A stretch of 64,000 nt of DNA, taken from assembly GCA_905178155.1 (NCBI GenBank), contig CAJINV010000017.1, positions 426,722 through 490,721 on the forward strand, given 5' to 3'. The DNA comes from Amoebophrya sp. A120. Taxonomy: Eukaryota; Protista; Dinoflagellata. Below the pieces are notes generated by a model. That model was given only the letters and a program-made list of their open reading frames with translations, was not told the origin of the DNA and did not search any database. A program made the position numbers and the translations under genes. How positions within the stretch are numbered: position 1 is the stretch's first letter; each line of letters begins with the position of its first letter. This document shows, one piece after another, positions 24,201 to 38,944 of the stretch.

Positions 24201-27200
24201 GCACCAGTCGGGCTTGAGCTACACCACCGCCGACGAGGCTGCTGAGCAAGCATTGGAGCGGAAAAACGAGCCCTGGCGGGACTTGTTTCACGAGGAGGTC
24301 GCGTTGCGCTTCTTTCGCGATTTCTCCCTGGAATTCTTCGGGCACGAGGGAGAGAAAAACGGGAAAAGCATGGCGGGCATTTACCAGAAGGACGAGATTG
24401 TGACAACCGTGCGGCGGGAGGGAAACACCGATGCGAAACTGCCCCTGACGGTTTTGAGTGCCATCAAGGCAGCGGGATTGCTGCAGGGATTTGTTGGTAC
24501 TGCAACTTCTACTTCTGCTCCTGGTCACCAGCAGGTGGGGATTGACCACATGATCCAGAGCGCAGCGACGTCCGCAGCTTCCGACAAACCTGCTGGTATT
24601 GACTTTCTGCTCGAGATTACGAAGGACAAAGATCATGACACCGCGACAGAAGAAGTCAACGCCAACAGCCACAAAGATTACGAAGATCTTGCGGAGAAGA
24701 GACAGAAAGCAAGAAAGAAATTTGGGACGAAGGTAGGGATATTCCTGGAGAAGCATTTCGACTTCAAAAACTTGCTGTCCGACGCAAATCCTACACATCA
24801 AGCTGCAGGTGCTCCCGGCGTCGAGAACGCGATTTCCCAGTGGTCGTCGCACGACCCTGTCAACAACCCTGGAACAACCGTGACAGATGCGCGTTCTCTA
24901 ACGTCGGTAAATAATAACGGCACCTCCAGCGAAAGCAACATCTTGTTCAAGGTCGGCAATATTAACGTAGGGACGGACCAAGGAGCCGGAGCGTCGGCGA
25001 AATTTGTCGAGTACTCCCCGCAAGCCCAGGCTCCAGCCTTCTTTTCCCGACAAGACTCGTTGGACGACATGCTGCCAATAGCTCGAACGGCTTCCGAGTC
25101 CTCGGCCGCAAGCCATGACGGAAGAGACAACAACTTAGAACCCATCAAGATGTTCCGAGCCGACCGTCCGTTTTCTTCTGTCGACCTCCATTTGATCGCT
25201 CTGGAAGATGCGACGCGACAGACCGCCGCGGTAGACCCCACAGGTTCGTTAATTGGTGGACCGGCTGCACCAACCCTGCAAAACATGGAGTCCATTCCCG
25301 AAGTGGTGAAAAACGGCCAGAACCTGGAAGTGACATCCACTTCCCTTGCGAAAAGCAGCAACGCGGCCGGGAATAATCTCAACATAGTACCAGATCATTC
25401 ATCGGGTACTAATAAACAGCCCCAGCCGCCGGCAATCATCACGGGGGCCAGCAGCCATAGTTTAGGGAATTTGCTGACCCTTTCCTCGGGCTCGACTACC
25501 CCGGCGGGTGGGGCCGCCGCGGGTCAAGCACAACAAGCGCAGATGAACCAGGAGCTAATACCCACGATCTCCCGGTCGACCAGCACAAGGACCACGAACA
25601 CGGTGCAAACCAGCAACATTTTCGATGCGCACCAGATTCTGCACGGGCCCGACACGGCGTTTCTGACGCAGGCCATGAACAGCGAGACCGAGGAGGAGCG
25701 AAAATCGAAATTTGTCCGCGTGCTAATCTCCGACGAGACCGCGTCCATTCAGTCCGAGGAGCCGCCGCCGATCTCCTGGCGGTTGTTTACCTTCCCCGAC
25801 GAGGCGGAGTTCGCGCAGGAGGCGTACGCGCTCGTGCCGCCCGTGAAACAGTTGGTGGAGCTGTTTCGGGGGGAAGTTAGGGCGGCGTTGGAGGAATACG
25901 AAGCGGCCAGCGAGATGATCAGTTTGAGCGCCACTTCGAGCACGGGGGTTGTGACAACTACCGGCTCTACTTCCATCGCGGAGGACAGGAGGAGGGAATT
26001 GCTCAAAACCTTCATCCAGTCGCATTTCGCGGCCAGTGTTGAGCCAACATCTGTTGATAGTGGTACTACCGCAGGAGCTATGAACGACGTAGAGGAGCAG
26101 CAGCGTGGTCGAGAAGATCATCAGGTAGTTGATCCTTTACTACACAACAACATAAAGCGTGACACAGACGGAACGGTGACCAAGAGACCGCTCCCGGTGG
26201 GCCGGGTTTACCAGAAAGACAGCGACTTTCTCGACGACCCAACGGTTTGGGAGACCGCTGCCGCTGCGGATTCCGCAGCGGCTGATGAAGAAGAAGAAAA
26301 TCAGACGAACGAGGAAACGAAAGACGAAAGTGCGAATGCTGCAGCAGCAAAGAAAAGCCACCTGACCATCTTCCTCGAGATCGTGGGCTGGTCGCACAAG
26401 AGCGTCCTTGGCCTCCATCCGACCGCCAGGATCGGCTTCAGTTCGAACCAGCACGGCGGGGGGTCGTTCTCTGGAGGGAACTGCAATTCGTCTCCCGCAG
26501 GGTTATTTAGTAGCGGCATTCCTGGCGGTTCTCCGAAGATGTCTTCAGGCTCGCAATTCATCCCGCAGGAAGCCTCCTCCCCTCTCGGTCCGAAAGGAAG
26601 AGGACCGGACTTCGTGTACTCCGCGGACGACTTTCCATCTTTGCACCACACGGTGATTCACCAACCCGGCAGCAGTCCCAGCGCTTCAGAAGCCACGGCG
26701 ACACCGAACAGCATCACGAACCGACGGGCGTCGAGCGGGCGGCAAACGTCGACCACGACCAACCGGGGCCGGCAGACGAGGCGCCGCCAATCGATCGCGA
26801 GACAGCAGCTGTTGCAGGAGCAAAAACGGTTAGAAGAGCTCAGGAGGAAGCGGGAGCGAGACATCGACGATTTGGTCTTCACACACATTCTGAACCACCC
26901 GCAACTTTCCGCCGCCTACCTGCTGCAACGACAGGCGACTTTCGCGAATTTCGAGGACACGGCCGGGGATTTGCTCTCGCTCTCCCGGTTTTTGGAGCGC
27001 GAGCAAGCGGCGCAGCAGAAGCTGAAGGAGGAGAGAATGCTGCAGAAGACGCTGCAGAAAGTGATGCAGAAACAACAGGCATTGGCGGAGCAAAATTTAA
27101 GTCAGCAGCAGGCGGGACATCAACAACTACACCAGAGCCGGCTCATCTCCAACGAACAAACGACCCGAGAAATTGAACTTTTGGAGACCGAAAACCTACA

Positions 27201-27726
27201 AATCCGGCAGCGACACGAACAGGAGAAAGAGGAGCTGCTGTTCCAGCTCTACTGCATCGGCGGCTTCAGTGGGTTGCTGCTCATCGTGTTCGTTTTGTAT
27301 GTGATTCTGCACCCGCGACCCGAGGATCCGCTGAATGCGCCGGTCTTTATGGATCATGACAGTGAAGAGAGCGACCACGGGCTAACTGGCGGCGACAACA
27401 TGGCGAGCGGGGGTGACCTGAGCTACCAGCGGATCCAGCACATTAAGGACATGATGCGGGACATCACCGATTTAGAAACCGCCTATGAAGAGCAGTTCAT
27501 CGAGGCAGTGAGAAAGACAGAGTCCTCCTCCTCTGTGGGAGCAGGGTTGAGCGCCGAAGTCGTCACGACCTCCAGCATGGGCGGGAATAACGGGAAGCAG
27601 GGAAAGCAATTTACTGAGAAAGCGTTGAACGAACGAGAAGCAGCAGCTCCGGTTGATGTCCAGAATGGAGGGTCATCCTCTTCGTCTTCTTCTTCTTCTT
27701 CTTCTTCTTCTTCTTCTGCGAAGTAA
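21206..27726 (+). CDS. Large hypothetical protein (about 2000 aa) with coiled coil and C-proximal TM helix
   Basis: ORF 21206..22840, a middle exon 23063-23200 and ORF 23449..27726 join in frame through non-canonical intron 22836-23062 and GT-AG intron 23201-23428. TM segment LYCIGGFSGLLLIVFVLYVIL. Start codon uncertain. Confidence 0.7.
22836..23057. mobile_element. TIR introner / non-canonical intron (36-bp perfect TIR)
   Basis: Perfect TIR tatgacagtgcacaactccccctccccctcatttgt; perfect direct repeat gaaac at 22831-22835 and 23058-23062; removal gives EPVKKRNKVVKP. Confidence 0.95.
27673..27717 (+). repeat. (TCT)n-rich microsatellite encoding C-terminal poly-Ser
   Basis: tcatcctcttcgtcttcttcttct... 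immediately before the stop codon. Confidence 0.85.
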
Positions 27727-29329
27727 GGTTTGTTGGGAGGCTTTTTCGCACTTAAGTAATCATCCGGCCCAGTAGTGTCCGCCCCCACGTCGCCGTGATC
27801 ATTCTGCGAAACAGACACGACCATTTCGACTGATGCTATTAGTTACTATGCCTACTGAACCACAACCAGCTTTCCACCCTCGCTATGCTCCTGGTTTAAA
27901 AAGAACGACACTTTTTACATTAATTTTGCAGTATGTGCTAGCGTCGCTCTCCTTCTCCGCGTCGCCGGTACAGTAATAGATGACGGCTTCAATATCGCGT
28001 ACAGTAGATGAAAATAAGAGCCACGCTAATATCATTCTGTGCCAGCTTGTGACACGCCTGTACCATAATTACTAATATTCAATGTACTTCTACTACTTAC
28101 GCACAAACAATATAAAATCAAATTTTGCCAGACCAGTTACAGACAGGCGAGTTCGCTGTTCTTGTAGGCTGCTTGCAACGAGGTGAACAAATGTCCAAGC
28201 AGAAGAGAGCAGCGTTTCTGCCTGAATGCCATTCATATGGTACAGCCGATCTCTTCTGGAAAACTGCTCCCGGCATTTGACAAGTAGCAGTCACGGGAAC
28301 TCGACGCTCCTGCAGCTCTATAAGGTATATTTTGCTTCCGCATGCCGCCAGAAGAAACACTTTTTGTTGAGGTAAACAGCCGTTTGCAAACTTTCGTTTC
28401 TTTTTTGCCCGACCACTTAGAATACAGAACTTTCCAACTCTCTTTATGCAGGTGAATGATCGACCACGACTGTGCTAATGATTTTCAAGACTTTCACTTT
28501 CATCTCATGCCTTCTAGAAATCAACAACCGCACGGCCCTCTTCATCTTCTTAAAATGTAAAAGCTACGTCGCCTTTTCTCGAGTAAAATGCCAGCACGAT
28601 ACGTCGACACTTTGCGTCGCAACGATAGACAAATCAAATCAACATCATGAACTGGGTCATCATGCTGAAGCATCGATTTTCGCTCTTATGGTGGCTGATT
28701 TGAGAACAAGAGTAATGTGAAAATATTTTTTTTGACTGTCAAACGAACCCGCTTTCATGAATGTTTCTTCGAGATACGGTCGTCCGATGAATGAAGTTTG
28801 CAAAAGGAAAAGGACAATGTTGAATGAAGCAATTTCTAAGTATGTCTCTGCAACACGCACCAAATTTTTCGAATGTCATGTTTATAGAGACAATACGAAT
28901 ACAGATATTGATATCATTATCAATAAGGCGTCAAGAGGTTTGTTCCGCGCGTGTTGTCGACTCCCACGTGGTCTGCTGGTTTTTGTCAGTAAGAGACCAC
29001 AAGTGTTCGAAGCGGACGAAGTGATCATCTTTCTCTTTGCTTCTCTCCTCTCAACACCGTGGCGAGTAGCAACGCTGTCGCTGCTTTCTTATTGAACGCA
29101 GCGCATCGCCGTTGGCGCAAGTGGTCTTGTCGTGTTGTAGGAGCGGGCTCTCGTCCACTATTTGCAACTTAACGAACTCATCCGGCTTGCTCTCTGTCTT
29201 CAAAAGCATATGCCTTGCTAATTACATGCGTCGTTGCCAGAAGCAGAACAACCAGCACGGGGAAGGTACGGATGAAATTAGGAAGTTAGTAGTTGAAGGA
29301 AAAAAACTAATATTTTTCATCATTCAAAT

Positions 29330-30371
<1,042 letters not shown>

Positions 30372-30905
30372 GTAATAGGGCTGCAGCGTCGTAGATCGAT
30401 ATTATACCTACACTGATGTTGGAGATCAGCATGGGCAGATTTTTTGAATTTCACTGTATCGGATTTATTGTCAGGAAAAATGAATATTGCAGCCCTCACC
30501 GCGCCGGCAACGAAGATGTGTCTCATGAGGCGGTACCAAAAATAAACCCTCTGCAGTGCTTTTTTCGTTTTTCGTGTTTTCCAGTCGACCTCGGCGTGGT
30601 CCTTGTTTACTATGGATTCGACAAGGAGAGCATGTAGGAGCGGCGCACACACCTGCCGTGCGACTTTTGCGAAGGTCGAGGTGGGAGATTATGGCGGACG
30701 TTGACATGAATGAGCGAAAACTGATACCGAGGGACAAGCTTCATCGTCTTCTACATGTTCTCGGCACGCATTACCCTTTCCTATTCCTTCATTGATGAAG
30801 CGGGGGAACTTCCTCGAAGTAGGAGTAGTTGTAACGCATTCAAATTCCTTTGCCCCCCCCCCCCCCGATCTTCAAAACCTTTTACTGCCTCGTCTAAGAG
30901 TCAAA

Positions 30906-32666
30906 ATGAACCCTGACGACCGCAATCCAGTTCCTTTTTCCGCCCCGGTCGGCAATCCCAATCCGCATTTTGAGGTGGAGCTGAAAGTGCCTTCAGATGA
31001 GGTGGTGGAGCAGAACAACAGCTCAGGCGGACGTCCCGTAGTACCTCCAGCTCTGACTGATGACATCAACCAACTCGCTTTATTCGGTGGAGCAGCACCC
31101 CTCTCTACTTCTGGTCAGATGTTACAGTCAAGCGCCAGCACGCCGGTGGTCTATATTCAAGATCCGAAGAACCCCGACAAGCCTCCCATGGCATTCAAAG
31201 TGCAGGTGACACAAAGGGCGGGACAGCACGGCGGGGCCACGACCCCGTCCAGCGGGTCGAATTTTTCCTCCCCGATGATCCCCCCTCTACTACGGAATGG
31301 CACGTCGAAGCTCGGCGCACTCAGTACGAGAACAATGGACGGCCTCTTTGCGCCCATGCAGCAAACCATAGTGCCTGTCCTGGTGCAGCAGCCGGGAGCT
31401 TCGGAACAAAATGGCAATCAGTTTGCACCGAATTATTCCGGTTCCGGCGGCGGGGGTGGGCCTATCTTGCAACCACCACCAATGGAAAGCATTGCCGGCG
31501 CCAACACAACGGGGGCAACAGCTGCGTCAGGGATTTACGGAGCGTCTACTTACCAAGGTCCAAAAACCGTGAACGTCCACATCAACAAGAGATACAGAAG
31601 ACAGGAAACGTTCAAACAAACACTACTGCAATCCACGCCGGAAGAAGAAGCAACAGACGCCAACGCTCTTTCCTGCAAAGACAAACTGTGCGGCTGCTGC
31701 TGGCTCGTGTTTGTTTCACCCTTTTACCTGCTCAGCTACACGCTCGCGTTTGCATTCGGGCTGATCGCGCTGCCAATCACTTTCGCGTACAGTCTGTGTT
31801 GTATGAGCGCAGCGCAGAAACAGAAGCACAGTCGGGAGCGGCTCGAGAAGAAGCTGCTGAAAGAGCAAGAACGGGCTCGGCGGCAGAGGCTGCACGACGA
31901 AAGACAGAGGCAGCAGCGCGGAACTGACTCGACGTACCACTACCAGGCGCACAACCAGTGCGACCTGTGCTGTCTCTACTGCGACTGCGGGCGGAACTGC
32001 AATTACTGCTTCGGCGCTACCAACGAGTGCGAGTTTTGCCGTCAGTGTTGCTTCTGCTGCTACCAAAACCACCCGACCAGCTATTTGGTGGACGACCGGG
32101 ATTTAGGAAAGAATGCGGCCGACGTGGTTGTCAACCTGTCAGCAGTCGCACCTCCGGGCGAACAGCTGGCAACGACCGGCGCTGAAGATGTCGGCTTCTT
32201 GGCGCCTACAGTGATATTAAACGTCGGTGACAATGTTGGAGCAGGAGTGAGTGCTACCGCAGACTCCGCCAACCAAGGGCTGCACTTCATTGGGGAGCAG
32301 GCGCAAACCGCTTCGGGGGAAGTGATAGGGAACATCACGAGTGTTGGGGACTTACCCGGGGCAGAACTCGCAGCTGACGCGTTCCAAGGCGTCGCGAACA
32401 TTGTCATGGAAGGCGGGCAGATTGTTGGCGTGGTGTTCGAATCTGCGGGGGAACTCCTCCAACCCGCCAAGGTGTGCGATGCGTTCTGCGGCCAGGTGAG
32501 CGACTGCTGCCAGTCGTTTCAAAACTGTGTAGACCAGTGCAGTGGGGTGGAGTGCTCCTGTTGCTGCGACGGCGAGCAGTTCTGTCAATGTTGCTGCCTC
32601 TGCAACGAGTGCGCCTGCAATTGCGACTGCGGAAATTGTGACTGCCCCGCACGCGATTGTTGCTGA
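30906..32666 (+). CDS. Hypothetical cysteine-rich membrane protein
   Basis: Long uninterrupted ORF; hydrophobic segment CCWLVFVSPFYLLSYTLAFAFGLIALPITFAYSLCC; two Cys-dense blocks including C-terminal CSCCCDGEQFCQCCCLCNECACNCDCGNCDCPARDCC. Start taken at the ATG at 30906. Confidence 0.7.
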   Translation: MNPDDRNPVPFSAPVGNPNPHFEVELKVPSDEVVEQNNSSGGRPVVPPALTDDINQLALFGGAAPLSTSGQMLQSSASTPVVYIQDPKNPDKPPMAFKVQVTQRAGQHGGATTPSSGSNFSSPMIPPLLRNGTSKLGALSTRTMDGLFAPMQQTIVPVLVQQPGASEQNGNQFAPNYSGSGGGGGPILQPPPMESIAGANTTGATAASGIYGASTYQGPKTVNVHINKRYRRQETFKQTLLQSTPEEEATDANALSCKDKLCGCCWLVFVSPFYLLSYTLAFAFGLIALPITFAYSLCCMSAAQKQKHSRERLEKKLLKEQERARRQRLHDERQRQQRGTDSTYHYQAHNQCDLCCLYCDCGRNCNYCFGATNECEFCRQCCFCCYQNHPTSYLVDDRDLGKNAADVVVNLSAVAPPGEQLATTGAEDVGFLAPTVILNVGDNVGAGVSATADSANQGLHFIGEQAQTASGEVIGNITSVGDLPGAELAADAFQGVANIVMEGGQIVGVVFESAGELLQPAKVCDAFCGQVSDCCQSFQNCVDQCSGVECSCCCDGEQFCQCCCLCNECACNCDCGNCDCPARDCC

Positions 32667-33625
32667 TAGAAAGACTTTTTGGCACCTGTGTACCATTGTG
32701 GATGCTCTGTATGTTGAAACGCATTCCGAACTCTGTTTGAAGAAGGCATGTCGTGACTGACAAGATAAAATGAAAAGCTTTTATTCTTTGCACCAAAAGT
32801 AGGTTTCTCGTTCTCCATGACCCCGCTCAGCTAGACAACTTGATGCAAGTAGGCTACTTATCCTTTACTAGTAGCTACGCCTTCTTCCACACAGTGTGTT
32901 CGTGCAAAATATTACATGACGGAAAAGGCGCCCTGCGTGCCATCACCAGATTCGGCCACAGCTTTTGCTATTGATGCTCGAGATCGAGACACGAACACGA
33001 TTTTTTGTGACAGGCGGCGCAGTTTTTTTATTTGCGCTTTATCACAAAACGGCTTCTCTCTCGCCGTTTCCAAAGTTGTTTCGGTTCCGCTTGATCATCA
33101 AACAACGAACAAACTTACAGGACCATGATACCCACTCCATTGGTAAGCCCCAACCCTGTCAAGGACCATTATCATTCTTGTTCCCTATTGCCCTACACAG
33201 AAGTCGTAATTTATCGATTCACTTATTACAAGTAAACCGAAACGCGGATCTAAGTTCTATCTGTCTGAGTCTGACGTGTCCATCATCTTTTTTTCTCTTT
33301 TTGCGCGGAGTTTTTTTTTGCCCCACCCGTGTTTCGTTTCTTTTCGGTTCATTGGCTCTCGTGTTGTTTTGATTGTAGAAAGTATTTGAATCAACATGAG
33401 GTTGAGGACAACCGACAACGACATCGAATTTCAAAAATAAAGAGGATCAAATTCTACATCTATGCACTTGACCACGCCCGTATCAAAAATTTGTACGATT
33501 CCTATATGGCGGCCCGATATTTCACTATTCCGATAATATAGCTCTGGACCAAGACCTATTGTCCTTGTGGTCCAACAGCCCTTGAGAAAAAAGACCCATC
33601 ATCTTCGTGTAGAAGCAACAAGAAG

Positions 33626-36024
<2,399 letters not shown>

Positions 36025-36923
36025 GAAAGCAGACGATGAAGCTCGTCAAATCTTTAGGCTCCTCGTACTTACGATTGGGTGATGTAGAAGCAGCCGACGT
36101 GCGGTCGCGATCGTCACCTATGAGCACAAGTTTCAGCCTAGCGGGGCATCATGACAAAGAATGAACAAGGAGAAGAAATTTTAGTACCACAATTAATGCC
36201 GTTCTATTTCCTGCACCTGCGGGTATTCAAATTTACACAACTACTTTCAAGAAAAACCTCCAGCGACACCAGTTCTAGCGATTTCTGTCAAATAAAAGGT
36301 GATCTACTGCGGATGCAATGCGAATTCCCAAAGTGAGCTAGAGACACTAGCGCCAAAACAAATAGGGACATTATTTGTCAGCACGTCTTCATCCGGTGCA
36401 AAGAAGGTGTTAATGTTTTCTAATCTCAGAATTTATGCTCGAGATCCGAAGAAAAACGAAGCGGATTTTTCTGGTGCTAAGTGCATCTTTCGTGACCGTC
36501 AGAGATGGAACAAAAGATCTTGTCGCGCAAAGGCTGTTTCTTACCGCGACCGCTTGATGATCGTGATAGTCGCCATTGACAAATGTTGTGCTATCCTCGA
36601 CGACGCACCTGCACCTCTTGGAAGATGTAGCTCTGTGGTGTAGACGATCTCGATCTAAAACTATGTCGAAGTTATTTCTGATTCATCTGCGTCTAACCGC
36701 AGCAGAGCCTACCTACAACCACATCTATCATTGTGAAGTTGATCACCACTGCTCTTAAACCTAATCTCTCATCAACCGCCAGCGGACAACTTCGTATCAA
36801 GCAGTGTAGCCTAAGCCTATCGTTCGTTGCTACCTAGCTCCTGTAGGATTAATTAGATAGATTTTATATGAACGAGATCGTCCATACTTACTGTTGCTTG
36901 GCACCCCTACTACCGTTTCGAAA

Positions 36924-37799
36924 ATGTCCACTAAGGTAGTACATCAAGCCGCAGGCATCAACATGACAACATCTGTTGTAGTTCTGGGAAAACTTATACT
37001 TAGGAACATCACCCTTGTCTGTTGGCTCCTAACAATGTATTTTTCACATGATATCATTGCAGCTACTTACGCAGTCAAGGTGAAGATGGACATACCCAGC
37101 ACGACCAGGAGTTCCGACTCTCGTCCGGCGGTACCTCCGAGGCAAGAACTGATTCCCGATCGCGGCAGGAGAACAAACTTCCCAAACGCGGCGGCCCATA
37201 CTGTGACACCAAACGCCGACTCAGCCCCGCCATCTGTTCTTTTCCAAGCGCGAGCAGTTCCTACTGTAAAAGACAGAGCTGCCTCTTGTCTCAGTGAAGT
37301 GGCAAACGCTTGGGTAGGAAAGTACGAGGAGGCTCCGTGTGCCGTCACTGTTGGAACTTGCGTGGGATTGTGGATCGCCCGCGATCACCCTGTTTTTGGC
37401 TGTTGCTGTGTCTGTGCGAGTACCGGCATGCTGCTGACGTCCCCAGAGAGAGTGGACGCATATCTTCGACAGGAAGCAGTCGCTCCCACCGACAATCAGC
37501 GACGGTTAAGGACTACCTCTACCACACGGCGCAGGCCAGTGCGCGCCGCGCGTTCAGCAAGTATGAGTGAGGACAGATCTTCTGCAGCACCGGTGGGTCA
37601 TGGCGCAGCTCCACGCCCCCGAGCACCTCGTGCTGGTGTTAATGTCGTTGCGCGGCAAGCTCCGGGGCGAACAGACAGATACAGATTGGAGCCTGACGCG
37701 GAGCCTGAACCTTGCGCCGCCTTTGAAACAATACCTCCACCACAACACGAGATGATGTTCTCTGGCAGTATTGCTGGGTCACGAGAAATCCGCCGTTGA
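36924..37799 (+). CDS. Hypothetical protein, possibly secreted or membrane-associated
   Basis: ORF of about 290 codons, co-oriented with neighbours, with an N-terminal hydrophobic stretch and an internal Cys-rich hydrophobic hairpin; no recognisable family. Confidence 0.45.
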   Translation: MSTKVVHQAAGINMTTSVVVLGKLILRNITLVCWLLTMYFSHDIIAATYAVKVKMDIPSTTRSSDSRPAVPPRQELIPDRGRRTNFPNAAAHTVTPNADSAPPSVLFQARAVPTVKDRAASCLSEVANAWVGKYEEAPCAVTVGTCVGLWIARDHPVFGCCCVCASTGMLLTSPERVDAYLRQEAVAPTDNQRRLRTTSTTRRRPVRAARSASMSEDRSSAAPVGHGAAPRPRAPRAGVNVVARQAPGRTDRYRLEPDAEPEPCAAFETIPPPQHEMMFSGSIAGSREIRR

Positions 37800-38944
37800 C
37801 ATGCGACCAGTGCGAATTCGCCTCATTAGACAGAGTTATCATGGAGAATTGTCATGCCCGTCGCAGACTTGACGACGGTTTGACGAGGAAAAATCCAAAG
37901 CGGATTATGAAGATTGTATGATATTTGTGTTTCGAAGAAGGAGTACGCAGCCGCCACCAGGTCAATAAGTGTACAATATTAACGCAAACGCTCCTGCGCG
38001 GGGACGCTGAAGATGCTATCAATGTTAAAAAAAAATGTTTGCGCTTCTATCGGGTTTCTTCTGTGCACGTCAAGGAAGCGATGCAGAGCAAGGTTTTGCG
38101 CTGACGGTAGGAAGGAGACCCATCGATGAGCGGCGACACGGCCACCATGACGATTGTTCAGAAGTGTTGCGGTGTGTCAACGTGGTAGAACTACGGAACA
38201 AATCGGTGCGTTCTCGTTTTATTTCGTGGAGAACTTCTGTAGGACGAACACGAACGTGACACGCGCACGCCATTCCTTGCTCGGTCTTCATCGCCTTTCA
38301 AGTTTGACAGAAAAGAACAACAAGAAGTGCTTCCCAATGCCGCTCTGGAACAGATGCAGCTCCTACTCGGGACTCACTGTCACTTTCTGATCAGAAGATC
38401 TCTCTGTGAACAACACGATCCTCGTGGCACCAGATCTTCCGCTGTATCTGCGTTGTCCTGATGAGAAACGCTCTAAAGGATTTCGTCCAGATGAAAGACG
38501 ATGCCCATGACAAAAATCCCGCGATGATGGGTAGGATCTTGCCGCGGGGCGCAAGAGGTACGAATTAGACGAGAGCTCTTGTGCTGCCTTCAATACTCTA
38601 CTGAGTCGGTAGCCACAGTTCACCACGAAAACCATTACTTTGACTTTATCGCACAAAGAGAGGGACTGACGCGGAGCAGCAGCAGCAGCGACTGGCTGCT
38701 ACATTCCACCGATTTTTCATGTCTCAACATTAGACCGTAGTCGTAATGGTAATGTTCAGTCGAAGATGTTTAAAATAGGTTTTATCAAAGCAGCCTTTTC
38801 TCATCCCTTTACCCTTTTCAAAGCAGGCGATTGGCTATGTTGGAAAGATGGACTTCTCTAATTTGGAACAAATAAACTCACATGGCATAATGCGCCAGGC
38901 GGTTTTTCTCTGACTCGGACCCCTACTTCGAAAACAGCATCGTA

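Noticed and set aside
27727-29329. Short ORFs in the spacer before Rab11
   Set aside because: AT-rich, lacking the codon pattern of the real exons, and no TIR/direct-repeat structure found.
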